40,095 bases of DNA from a bacterium (GTDB taxonomy: Bacteria; CALINM01). The stretch covers positions 1 through 40,095 of the forward strand of contig JBEQAF010000006.1 of assembly GCA_041640455.1 (NCBI GenBank). Reading direction: 5' to 3'. Under the pieces are notes generated by a model. The model did no database searches and was not told where the DNA came from. It worked only from the letters and a program-made list of their open reading frames with translations. The first letter of the stretch is position 1. Each line of letters begins with the position of its first letter. Both the position numbers and the translations under genes were made by a program. Positions 18,248-27,764 of this stretch are shown piece after piece.

Positions 18248-20092
18248 TTGAGTTCAAACAGCTATGATGTACTGGTTTTAGGCGCCGGTCATGCGGGCTG
18301 CGAAGCAGCTTTTGCAACCAGCAGGATGGGGCTCAGAACCTTGATGATAACTATAAACCTTGACAGGATAGCTCATATGCCCTGTGCACCTGCTGTGGGT
18401 GGTGTGGGAAAGGGGCATATTGTGAGAGAGATAGATGCTCTTGGTGGAGTAATGGCTTATGTTACAGATCTTTCTGCCATCCAGTTTAAAACCCTCAATA
18501 CATCAAAGGGGCTTGCTGTCCATTCCACAAGAGCTCAGGTGGACAAACATAAATATAGCCAGATTATGAGACAGCTTGTGGAGAACCAGTCTAATCTCTT
18601 CATAAGACAGGCTTTAATCACAAAGATAATACCTGAAAAGAATGGCATAACTCTCGAAGACAATTTCGGTTTCAGATTTTTTGGCAAGACAGCTATTATA
18701 ACTGCTGGAACCTTTCTAAGTGGCTTGATCCATATCGGCAATAAAACTTTTCCTGCAGGAAGAGCTGGTGAATTTCCTGCTACAGAGCTCTCAAAATCAA
18801 TTAGGGAGCTTGGTTTTGAGCTTGGCAGGTTTAAAACCGGGACAGGACCTCGTTTTAAAAAATCATCCATAGATTTTTCAAAGATGGATATCAGACCTGG
18901 TGATGGCAAGCCTCGATATTTTTCAAGGCTGACAAAAAATATCCCCTATAGGGAGTACCCATGCTATGTAACCTACACAAACGAGAAAACCCACAGATAT
19001 ATACTTGACAATCTTGATAAATCAGCCCTTTACGGCGGATATATAACAGGCAGACCCGTCAGATACTGCCCTTCACTGGAAGACAAGGTGGTAAAATTCA
19101 GAGACAAGGAGAGACATCAGGTAATTCTTGAACCCGAAGGAGAAAACACCGACGAGATGTATGTCTCAGGACTGGGTAATAGTATGCCTCCGGAGATTCA
19201 GGAAGAGATATTTAGATCTCCAGAAGGTCTAAAAGATATTGTAATCTTGAGACCCGCATATGCCATAGAATACGATTACCTTCTTCCCCATCAGCTAAAA
19301 CCAACCCTGGAATCCAAACTGGTTGACAGTCTATATTTTGCCGGTCAGGTAAACGGAACCACCGGCTATGAAGAGGCAGCAGGTCAGGGGATAATAGCAG
19401 GCATTAATGCAGGGCTGAAGATTCTCGGGAAAGAGCCGCTGATACTTGATCGTACGGAGTCTTATATCGGCGTGATGATTGATGATCTGGTTACAAAAGG
19501 AACTGATGAACCATACAGAATATTTACTTCGAGAGCAGAATACAGGCTATTTTTAAGAGAAGATAACGTTTATTATAGATTAGCTGAAAAGGGATATTAC
19601 GCAGGGCTCGTACCTCTCGAAAGACTTGAAGAGATAAAAAAAGAACTGGAACAGTTAGAAGAGATCAAACAGATCTTAAAAAAAACCAGAATTAAAGATG
19701 AGGAAAGTAGAGAGACACTTTCTCTTGAAACCCTTATTAAAAGAGGTGATAAGATTCTTCAGGATTTTCAGGAGCTTTTTGGAAGATATCCGGAAAATTT
19801 GCTTAACTGTGTAAATGTGGAAATAAAATATGAAGGGTATCTCGAGCGCCAGAGAAAGGATATTGAAAAATTTAAAAATCTTGAAAATATTAAGATACCA
19901 GAAGACTTTGATTACAACCTGCCTGGAATTTCTCTTGAGCTTAGAGAAAAACTTGGTAAAATAAGACCTGCAAACCTGGGTCAGGCATCAAGAATATCTG
20001 GAATAACCCCAGCTGCTCTGTCCCTGTTGATGATAAGCCTGAGAAAAGGAAATCAGATTATTAACAAAAACCCCTATCAGGAGGTTAAATGA
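18248..20092 (+). CDS. mnmG: tRNA uridine-5-carboxymethylaminomethyl(34) synthesis enzyme MnmG (GidA)
   Basis: GAGHAGCEAA, REIDALGG, RYCPSLEDK, YAIEYDY, AGQVNGTTGYEEAAGQG, TSRAEYRL, GQASRISGITPA; TTG start with AAGGAG SD. Confidence 0.95.
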   Translation: MSSNSYDVLVLGAGHAGCEAAFATSRMGLRTLMITINLDRIAHMPCAPAVGGVGKGHIVREIDALGGVMAYVTDLSAIQFKTLNTSKGLAVHSTRAQVDKHKYSQIMRQLVENQSNLFIRQALITKIIPEKNGITLEDNFGFRFFGKTAIITAGTFLSGLIHIGNKTFPAGRAGEFPATELSKSIRELGFELGRFKTGTGPRFKKSSIDFSKMDIRPGDGKPRYFSRLTKNIPYREYPCYVTYTNEKTHRYILDNLDKSALYGGYITGRPVRYCPSLEDKVVKFRDKERHQVILEPEGENTDEMYVSGLGNSMPPEIQEEIFRSPEGLKDIVILRPAYAIEYDYLLPHQLKPTLESKLVDSLYFAGQVNGTTGYEEAAGQGIIAGINAGLKILGKEPLILDRTESYIGVMIDDLVTKGTDEPYRIFTSRAEYRLFLREDNVYYRLAEKGYYAGLVPLERLEEIKKELEQLEEIKQILKKTRIKDEESRETLSLETLIKRGDKILQDFQELFGRYPENLLNCVNVEIKYEGYLERQRKDIEKFKNLENIKIPEDFDYNLPGISLELREKLGKIRPANLGQASRISGITPAALSLLMISLRKGNQIINKNPYQEVK

Positions 20093-21390
20093 TAGAAAGA
20101 TACACAAGACAGGAGATGAAATCTATCTGGGAGCCAGAGAACAGATTTAAAATCTGGCTTGATATTGAGCTTCTTGCTCTTGAAGCCTTTAACAAACTTG
20201 GTTTTGTTCCCGATGATGCCCTTGCTTATATTAAAAAACATGCAAAGTTTGATATCGGCCGGATTGATGAAATAGAAAAGATCGTCAAACACGACGTGAT
20301 AGCCTTTTTAACTTCTGTAAATGAGCATATCGGTGAAAACTCAAGATATCTACATTATGGAATGACCTCCTCAGATGTGCTTGATACATCTCTTGCTGTT
20401 CAGCTTAAGCAGGCAGGAGAGCTGATTGTAACCCAGATTGACAATCTTCTCGAAGCTCTTAAAGAGAAGGCATATGAACACAAGAATACGCCCACCATCG
20501 GCAGATCTCACGGGATACACGCAGAGCCAACAACTTTCGGGCTTAAGATGGCAATGTTTTACGATTGTATGAAAAGAAATAAAAAAAGAATGCTGGAAGC
20601 CATTGAAGATATCAGCTATGGAAAAATTAGCGGCGCCGTGGGAAACTTTGCCAATATCAATCCATTTGTGGAAAACTATGTATGTTCAAAACTTGGACTC
20701 AAACCAGAACCTGTATCTACGCAGGTGATTCAGAGAGACAGACACGCTCGTTACTTTACCACACTGGCAATTATCGCCAGCACTCTTGAACAGATAGCCG
20801 TAGAGATACGGCATCTTCAACGAACTGAGGTTAGAGAGGCAGAGGAGTTTTTTTCGAGGGGTCAGAAGGGGTCTTCAGCTATGCCACATAAAAGAAACCC
20901 CATCCTTTCTGAGAATATAACAGGGCTTGCAAGAATGGTTAGAGGATACTGTCTGCCCGCTCTTGAGAATGTTGCCCTCTGGCATGAAAGAGATATAAGT
21001 CACAGTTCCGTTGAACGGGTCATAGGTCCGGATGCCACAATCCTTCTGGATTTTATGCTTTACAGGATGACCGGGCTTATTAAAAACCTGATCGTATATC
21101 CAGAAAATATGATGAAAAACCTTAACCTTACAAGAGGTCTTTTCTATTCCCAGCGGGTGCTCCTGATGCTGGCGGAGGCAGGCATGAAAAGGGACGATGC
21201 CTATGAAGTGGTTCAGAGAAATGCCATGAAAAGCTGGGAGGAAGGCTCTGACTTTAAGGAGCTAATAAAAAATGATGAAAAGGTAAAAAAGTATCTAAAG
21301 GAAAATGAGATTGAAAGTGCCTTTGATATAGATTATTATCTTAAAAACGTGGATTTCATCTTTAAACGGGTATTTGAGGAAGAAAAATAA
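20089..21390 (+). CDS. purB: Adenylosuccinate lyase
   Basis: MIERY, HDVIAF, TSSD..DT, GRSHGIHAEP, signature SSAMPHKRNP. Confidence 0.97.
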   Translation: MIERYTRQEMKSIWEPENRFKIWLDIELLALEAFNKLGFVPDDALAYIKKHAKFDIGRIDEIEKIVKHDVIAFLTSVNEHIGENSRYLHYGMTSSDVLDTSLAVQLKQAGELIVTQIDNLLEALKEKAYEHKNTPTIGRSHGIHAEPTTFGLKMAMFYDCMKRNKKRMLEAIEDISYGKISGAVGNFANINPFVENYVCSKLGLKPEPVSTQVIQRDRHARYFTTLAIIASTLEQIAVEIRHLQRTEVREAEEFFSRGQKGSSAMPHKRNPILSENITGLARMVRGYCLPALENVALWHERDISHSSVERVIGPDATILLDFMLYRMTGLIKNLIVYPENMMKNLNLTRGLFYSQRVLLMLAEAGMKRDDAYEVVQRNAMKSWEEGSDFKELIKNDEKVKKYLKENEIESAFDIDYYLKNVDFIFKRVFEEEK

Positions 21391-21407
21391 TTTAACAGGG
21401 ATTAACA

Positions 21408-24395
21408 ATGGCATTTAGAATAGAGATAGCTTACAAAAAGGAGATCAACGACCCTCAGGCAACAGGGCTAAAACATAAAATAAAAGATTTTCTTCACATA
21501 AGCCTTGAGGATCTTAAAATCAGTCAGATCTATACCATAGATGCAGAGCTGACTGAAAAAGAAGTAGAAGCTATAGCCAGCGGTCCCCTCTGTGACAGTA
21601 TAATTCAGGATTATTATATAAATCCAAAACTCCCTTCTGGCTTTGATATCTACCTTGAGGTGGGGTTTCTTCCCGGTGTAACTGACAATGTGGGAAAAAC
21701 TGCTACTGAGGCATCTGAGATACTTCTCGGAAGAAAATTCAAAGAGGATGAGAAGGTTTACACCTCGAGACTCTACTGCTTTAAAGGCAAGGTATCTAAA
21801 GAGGAGGTGGAGAAGATTGCCCTTGAGCTACTCTGCAATCCGCTTATTGAATATTATCAGATTTACAACAGGGAAAGCATCGTGAAACCTATAATCCCAA
21901 AGGTTTCAATAAAAAGCAGTATTACCGTTGAGAAGTTTGATATCCAGAGATTTACCGATGAAGAGCTTTTGAAACTATCAAAAGATCGCCTGCTCGCCCT
22001 TAACTTAGAAGAGCTTAAAGCCATACAGAGATTTTTCAGAAACACCGATTTTATCACCCTGAGAAAAAAGTTTAAGCTGGATAACAGGATTACCGATGTG
22101 GAGATTGAAGCTATCGCCCAGACCTGGTCAGAGCATTGCAAACACAAAATATTTAATGCCACAATAGATTACTATGACTCTAACGGCAATAAAGAGACCA
22201 TTAAGAGTCTTTTTAAAACATACATTAAAGCCTCTACAGAGAAGATAAAAGAGATGAGAGGTGATGATTTTCTTGTCTCAGTATTTGTAGATAATGCTGG
22301 AGTGATCTCGTTTGATGAAAGATATAACCTGGTTTTTAAAGTAGAAACCCATAATAGCCCTTCAGCCTTAGATCCCTATGGCGGGGCATTGACAGGCATT
22401 GTGGGAGTTAACAGGGATGTACTGGGCACAGGCATGGGCGCAAAACTCATCTTTAATACTGATGTTTTCTGCTTTGCCGATCCCTTTTACAAAGATAAAC
22501 TACCACCCAGAATTCTGCATCCCAGAAGAATTTACGACGGTGTAATTACTGGCATAGAGCACGGCGGCAACAAAAGCGGGATTCCAACCATAAACGGAAG
22601 CATTGTTTTTGATAATAGATTTTTAGGCAAACCGCTTGTATACTGCGGTACTGGCGGGATCATGCCAAAAAAAATAAAAGATAAACCTTCTCATTTAAAA
22701 TCAATAAATAACGGTGATCTGATAGTTATGTGTGGCGGGAGAATAGGTAAAGACGGTATTCATGGCGCAACCTTCTCCTCCGAAGAGCTACACGAGGGGT
22801 CACCTGCCACAGCCGTTCAGATAGGCGACCCGATAACTCAAAAAAAGATGGCGGATTTTCTTTATGTAGCAAGAGATAAAGGGCTATACAATGCCATAAC
22901 TGATAATGGTGCAGGCGGATTATCATCTTCAGTTGGAGAGATGAGTCAGATGTCAGGTGGCTGTGAGATAGAGCTTGATAAAGCACCATTAAAATATCAT
23001 GGATTAAACCCCTGGGAGATTCTTATCTCTGAATCACAGGAACGAATGACCCTTGCAGTCTCGCCTAAAAAAATTAATAGACTACTTAGACTTGCTAAAA
23101 AATATGATGTGGAAGCCACAGTTATAGGCAGATTTACTAACTCCGGATATTTTCACTGTCTTTACGAAGGTAAGACTGTTGCACTGCTACCTCTTGAATT
23201 TTTACATAACGGTCTGCCAGAGATGAAACTTATAGCCAGATATAGCAACCCTTACGAACCCATACCTGTTATTTTAAAAACTGACAAAAAATTAGGCACA
23301 ATTCTAAAAGATCTGCTATCTTCCCTGAATATCTGCAGTAAGGAATCTGTTGTAAGAAAATACGACCACGAGGTTCAGGGGATGAGCGTAATAAAGCCCT
23401 TTATGGGTATTTTTAACGACGGACCTTCTGATGCGGCAGTGATAAAACCTCTACCTAATTCAAAAAAAGGGGTTGTGATATCCCACGGTATCTGTCCCAA
23501 ATTTAGCGATTATGATACCTACCATATGACAGCTCTTGCCCTCGATGAAGCCATAAGAAATGCCGTTGCCGTTGGTGGAAACATCGATAAGATGGCCTGT
23601 CTTGACAACTTCTGCTGGTGCGATCCCATAAAAAGCGATAAAAATCCAGATGGAGAGTTTAAACTCGCCCAGCTTGTGAGGGCAAACAAAGCTTTATACG
23701 ACTATACGGTTGCTTACGGCGTCCCCTGCATATCAGGCAAAGATTCCATGAAAAACGACTATATTATGGGCGATATAAAAATCTCCATCCCCCCCACATT
23801 ATTGTTCTCAGTAATAAGCGTTATTGATGATGTAACAAAGACCCAGACTCTGGACATTAAGTTTAAAAAAGATCAAAATATTGTCGCTCAGGACATTATC
23901 TACGTAGTGGGGCGAACGAAGGATGAGATGGCTGGTTCAGAGCTTTTCAGACTCCTTAATATTAAGGGCGGAAAAATTCCCGAAGTTGATGCACAGAAGA
24001 ATAAGAATATTTATCGTCGCATATATTATCTTATGCAGAGTAAGATTATTACAGCATGCCACGACATATCGGACGGTGGTCTGGCTGTGGCTCTGGCAGA
24101 GATGTGTTTTTCTGGAAACTGCGGATGTATTTTAGATCTGAACTTCCTTCGCTACTCAGGTCCAAACGATCCGCTGATTAAGCTATTCTCTGAATCAGCA
24201 GGCAGATTAATCTTTACCGCAAGTCCAAGGTATGATGCCATTCTGGAGAAAATTTTTTATGGACTGCCCTTTTCAATGGTAGGCAGGGTCACCGATTCCA
24301 ATAGATTTGTTATTAAACACAAAACAAAAGTTTTAATAGATGAAGATCTGTCTGAGCTAAAAGAATGCTGGCAGAAAACATTAAGGGACCTTTAA
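21408..24395 (+). CDS. purL: FGAM synthase PurL with two N-terminal PurS-like domains fused
   Basis: QTWSEHCKHKIF, DNAG, KVETHNSPSALDP, D.GAGG, SESQERM, SGKDS, HDISDGG; N-terminal repeats (NDPQA...CDSIIQ and TDNVG...CNPLIE). Confidence 0.95.
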   Translation: MAFRIEIAYKKEINDPQATGLKHKIKDFLHISLEDLKISQIYTIDAELTEKEVEAIASGPLCDSIIQDYYINPKLPSGFDIYLEVGFLPGVTDNVGKTATEASEILLGRKFKEDEKVYTSRLYCFKGKVSKEEVEKIALELLCNPLIEYYQIYNRESIVKPIIPKVSIKSSITVEKFDIQRFTDEELLKLSKDRLLALNLEELKAIQRFFRNTDFITLRKKFKLDNRITDVEIEAIAQTWSEHCKHKIFNATIDYYDSNGNKETIKSLFKTYIKASTEKIKEMRGDDFLVSVFVDNAGVISFDERYNLVFKVETHNSPSALDPYGGALTGIVGVNRDVLGTGMGAKLIFNTDVFCFADPFYKDKLPPRILHPRRIYDGVITGIEHGGNKSGIPTINGSIVFDNRFLGKPLVYCGTGGIMPKKIKDKPSHLKSINNGDLIVMCGGRIGKDGIHGATFSSEELHEGSPATAVQIGDPITQKKMADFLYVARDKGLYNAITDNGAGGLSSSVGEMSQMSGGCEIELDKAPLKYHGLNPWEILISESQERMTLAVSPKKINRLLRLAKKYDVEATVIGRFTNSGYFHCLYEGKTVALLPLEFLHNGLPEMKLIARYSNPYEPIPVILKTDKKLGTILKDLLSSLNICSKESVVRKYDHEVQGMSVIKPFMGIFNDGPSDAAVIKPLPNSKKGVVISHGICPKFSDYDTYHMTALALDEAIRNAVAVGGNIDKMACLDNFCWCDPIKSDKNPDGEFKLAQLVRANKALYDYTVAYGVPCISGKDSMKNDYIMGDIKISIPPTLLFSVISVIDDVTKTQTLDIKFKKDQNIVAQDIIYVVGRTKDEMAGSELFRLLNIKGGKIPEVDAQKNKNIYRRIYYLMQSKIITACHDISDGGLAVALAEMCFSGNCGCILDLNFLRYSGPNDPLIKLFSESAGRLIFTASPRYDAILEKIFYGLPFSMVGRVTDSNRFVIKHKTKVLIDEDLSELKECWQKTLRDL

Positions 24396-24396
24396 G

Positions 24397-25185
24397 ATGG
24401 CAAAATGTCTGGTTCTTTCAGGATTTGGTATAAACTGTGAGTTTGAATCAAAAAACGCACTCCTGCTTGCCGGTGCTAAGTCGGTTGACATTGTTCACAT
24501 ATCCGCACTTATTGATGGTGATAAAAGTCTTAAAGATTACAAGCTTGTTGTCTTCCCTGGAGGCTTTTTAGACGGAGATGACTTAGGTTCCGCCAAGGTT
24601 CAGGTAAACCGTTTTAAATACAAAAAAATAAAGAATGGCAAAAGAAGGCTTATGGATGAGCTTCTTGATTTTGTAGCCCATGATAATCTTGCCATAGGCA
24701 TATGCAACGGCTTTCAGTTTATGACAAAGGCTGGCATACTGCCTATACCGGATTTTAATCAGCGAGCAACACTGACATTTAACGACTCAGGAAAATTTGA
24801 AGATCGATGGGTATATCTTAGAGTAAACACAAAAAGTCCCTGCATTTTTACCAGAGGGCTTAAAGGGATATATTTACCCGTCAGACATGGAGAAGGAAAG
24901 TTTTTTTGTTCCAAGACGGTTTTAGAACAGATAATTTCAGAAAACCTTCATGTGCTCCAGTATGCCACATCGGACTTTAATATTACAGAAAAATATCCCG
25001 AAAACCCCAATGGTTCACAAATGTCCATAGCTGGCATCTGCGACAGAAGCGGCAGGCTATTCGGACTGATGCCCCATCCGGAAGCTTTTATATATCCTGC
25101 CAATCACCCGAGATGGACAAGAGAAATAATAAAAGAGCCTGATGGTTTAAAAATTTTCAAAAATGCTATAAACTACTTAAGGTAA
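24397..25185 (+). CDS. purQ: FGAM synthase glutaminase subunit PurQ
   Basis: G.NCE.E, PGGF..GD, GICNGFQ, HGEG, NPNGS, MPHPE. Confidence 0.96.
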   Translation: MAKCLVLSGFGINCEFESKNALLLAGAKSVDIVHISALIDGDKSLKDYKLVVFPGGFLDGDDLGSAKVQVNRFKYKKIKNGKRRLMDELLDFVAHDNLAIGICNGFQFMTKAGILPIPDFNQRATLTFNDSGKFEDRWVYLRVNTKSPCIFTRGLKGIYLPVRHGEGKFFCSKTVLEQIISENLHVLQYATSDFNITEKYPENPNGSQMSIAGICDRSGRLFGLMPHPEAFIYPANHPRWTREIIKEPDGLKIFKNAINYLR

Positions 25186-25188
25186 GAT

Positions 25189-26592
25189 ATGATGGATTAT
25201 TTAAAAGAAAAGTGTGGAGTATTTGGTATCTTTGGAAATACTGAGGCGGCAAATCTTACCTATTTAGGTTTATATGCACTTCAGCATCGAGGGCAGGAAA
25301 GCGCAGGCATTACCTCCTTTGACGGAAAACAGTATCACAGCCACCGGCAGATGGGGCTTGTTGCCGACATATTTAAACATCATATACTGGAAACACTAAA
25401 AGGCAACATAGCCATAGGGCATGTTAGATATTCAACCGCAGGTTCAAGTAATATTAAAAACTGTCAGCCCTTCCATATGGAATATGCTCTGGGCGGGCTG
25501 GCTATCGGTCATAACGGTAATCTGATAAATGATGTTCCAATCAGGAGAAGATTGGTTGACAGCGGTGCCATCTTTCAGTCAAACTCAGACACAGAAGTTA
25601 TTATGCATCTTATTGCCCGCTCGCCTCTGCCTACCATTGAAGATCGAATCATAGACGCCCTTTCGGAGATCAAGGGTGCCTATTCGCTTGTTATACTGGC
25701 AGGTAATAAACTTATAGGCGTCAGGGATCCAAATGGATTCAGACCTCTTTGTCTCGGCAGACTGGGCAAGTCTTTTGTGCTGGCTTCAGAAACATGCTCC
25801 TTTGATATCATGGAAGCCGAGTTTATCAGGGAGATAGAGCCAGGTGAGATGGTAGTTATTGACAACAAGGGGATTAAGAGCTATTATCCCTTTGAAACAA
25901 CTCAAAAAAAGCAATGCATATTTGAATTTATATATTTTGCAAGACCTGACAGCTTTATCTTTGGCGACAGTGTATATAATGTGAGAAAAAAGCTTGGTGA
26001 GCTTCTTTATGAATATACACCCTGTGTTGCCGATCTGGTAATACCTGTTCCCGATTCAGGCATACCTGCCGCTATTGGTTTTTCACAAAAATCTGGGATT
26101 CCACTTGAGCTGGGGCTTATCAGAAACCATTACGTGGGCAGAACATTTATTGAGCCCAAACAGTCTATCAGACATTTTGGCGTCAAGATAAAGCTCAATG
26201 CTAACCCCTGCATACTGAAAAATAAGCGGGTAGTTGTAATAGACGATTCCATAGTCAGGGGAACTACAAGCAGAAAGATTATAAAGATGATAAGGAATGC
26301 AGGAGCAAAGGAGATTCACTTTCGTATCAGCTCTCCACCCATAATATCTCCCTGCTACTACGGCATAGACACACCCACGCACAGTGAGCTTATTGCAAAT
26401 AGTCATACTATAGAAGAGATTAACAAATATGTTACCTCTGACAGTCTGGCATATCTACCTCTCGAAGCTCTTAAAAAATCTGTAAATGATCCAGATAATT
26501 TCTGCTATGCCTGTTTTACTGGAAAATATCCACTCAGATTTCCTATAGAAGAGATAGAACAGCTAAAACTATTTAGAAAAGAAGAAGACTAA
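25189..26592 (+). CDS. purF: Amidophosphoribosyltransferase (Fe-S type with propeptide)
   Basis: EKCGVFG (Cys1 after a short propeptide), QHRGQE, GHVRYST, HNGN, DDSIVRGTT, Fe-S Cys in CIFE, PCYYG and FCYAC. Confidence 0.97.
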   Translation: MMDYLKEKCGVFGIFGNTEAANLTYLGLYALQHRGQESAGITSFDGKQYHSHRQMGLVADIFKHHILETLKGNIAIGHVRYSTAGSSNIKNCQPFHMEYALGGLAIGHNGNLINDVPIRRRLVDSGAIFQSNSDTEVIMHLIARSPLPTIEDRIIDALSEIKGAYSLVILAGNKLIGVRDPNGFRPLCLGRLGKSFVLASETCSFDIMEAEFIREIEPGEMVVIDNKGIKSYYPFETTQKKQCIFEFIYFARPDSFIFGDSVYNVRKKLGELLYEYTPCVADLVIPVPDSGIPAAIGFSQKSGIPLELGLIRNHYVGRTFIEPKQSIRHFGVKIKLNANPCILKNKRVVVIDDSIVRGTTSRKIIKMIRNAGAKEIHFRISSPPIISPCYYGIDTPTHSELIANSHTIEEINKYVTSDSLAYLPLEALKKSVNDPDNFCYACFTGKYPLRFPIEEIEQLKLFRKEED

Positions 26593-26615
26593 TTTAAGGT
26601 TGGAGAGATAGGCTA

Positions 26616-27164
26616 ATGCATAAAGAAAGGTTGTTAGAGCTAATAAAAGAGCTTGCATATGAGAAAAAAAAGGTAATCCTTTCATCCGGCAAGGAAAGTG
26701 ATTTTTATGTAGACCTCAGAAACATTACGCTTCATCCTGAAGGGCTTTATCTTGTGTCAAGCATTATGTTTGATATAATAGAAAGAGAGTTCAAAGGAGT
26801 GGAGGCGGTGGGGGGACCAACCTTAGGTGCTGACCCAATAATTGCTGGAATTATCTATCATAGTTATACAAAACACAAACCCCTTTATGGTTTTATCATA
26901 AGAAAGGAGCCCAAAAAACATGGATTATCAAAACTGATAGAAGGGGATAAAAACCTGAGTGCCATAAAAAAAGTAGTTATAGTGGAAGATGTGGTCACAA
27001 CAGGCGAATCTTCCTTTAAGGCTTACAATGCCGCATCGGAGGCAGGTTTTCAGGTGGAGGGTATTATAGCCATTTTAGACAGAATGGATGGCGCAAAAGA
27101 GTTTTTTAAAGAAAAGAATATAAAATTTATCTCCATTTTTGAAAAGGATCATGTGGTAGCATGA
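26616..27164 (+). CDS. pyrE: Orotate phosphoribosyltransferase
   Basis: LSSGKES.FYVD, GGPTLGADP, RKEPK.HG, PRPP-binding VEDVVTTG. Confidence 0.93.
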   Translation: MHKERLLELIKELAYEKKKVILSSGKESDFYVDLRNITLHPEGLYLVSSIMFDIIEREFKGVEAVGGPTLGADPIIAGIIYHSYTKHKPLYGFIIRKEPKKHGLSKLIEGDKNLSAIKKVVIVEDVVTTGESSFKAYNAASEAGFQVEGIIAILDRMDGAKEFFKEKNIKFISIFEKDHVVA

Positions 27165-27751
27165 AAAAGCTTTTTTTAATATTACCTGTTATTTTTATTC
27201 TTTCATGCTCTTCAGCAAAGCTCGCTGAGCTGGGAGCTATCCCCAAAAAGGATAAGACCCCTTATCTCTCAGTTCTAAATAAATTCACAGCATCAAAAAA
27301 ACATTATGAAGAGTTCCAGACAAAGGCACTGGTAACGGCAACGTTTTTTTCCGATGATTTTTTTAGCAGTTACTCAAAAGAGAGAGAGCAGTATTCAAAG
27401 CCTGAAGATTTTAATATGTTTCTGGATAAAGAAAAATTTCTTATTGATAACTATCTCCGTTTTTTTATCTCCTTTTATTCACCCAAGGAGGATCTTGCTG
27501 ATTTAGACAAACCAGCGGTATGGAATATTTATCTTGAAACCTCAGGAGGAAAAAAGATATACCCCCATTCGGTAAAAAAGGCAGAGGAGCCAAAGGATAT
27601 TTTATCTCATTACTTTCCCTATCTTGACTACTGGTCTAAACCATATTTTATAAACTTTAAAAAGTCCGAACTGGACATCAACAGTGAACAATCTTTTACA
27701 CTAAATTTTGTAAGCGTTCTTGGCAAGCTGAGTCTTAGTTTTTCATATTAA
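27161..27751 (+). CDS. Hypothetical lipoprotein
   Basis: Signal peptide with lipobox MKKLFLILPVIFILSC; ATGA overlap with pyrE. Confidence 0.75.
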   Translation: MKKLFLILPVIFILSCSSAKLAELGAIPKKDKTPYLSVLNKFTASKKHYEEFQTKALVTATFFSDDFFSSYSKEREQYSKPEDFNMFLDKEKFLIDNYLRFFISFYSPKEDLADLDKPAVWNIYLETSGGKKIYPHSVKKAEEPKDILSHYFPYLDYWSKPYFINFKKSELDINSEQSFTLNFVSVLGKLSLSFSY

Positions 27752-27764
27752 AGGGAGGTTTTTA

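Noticed and set aside
18189..21407. Purine riboswitch or PurR/PyrR leader for the pur and pyr genes
   Set aside because: Intergenic spaces are too short (59 nt and under 20 nt) and show no aptamer-like stems.
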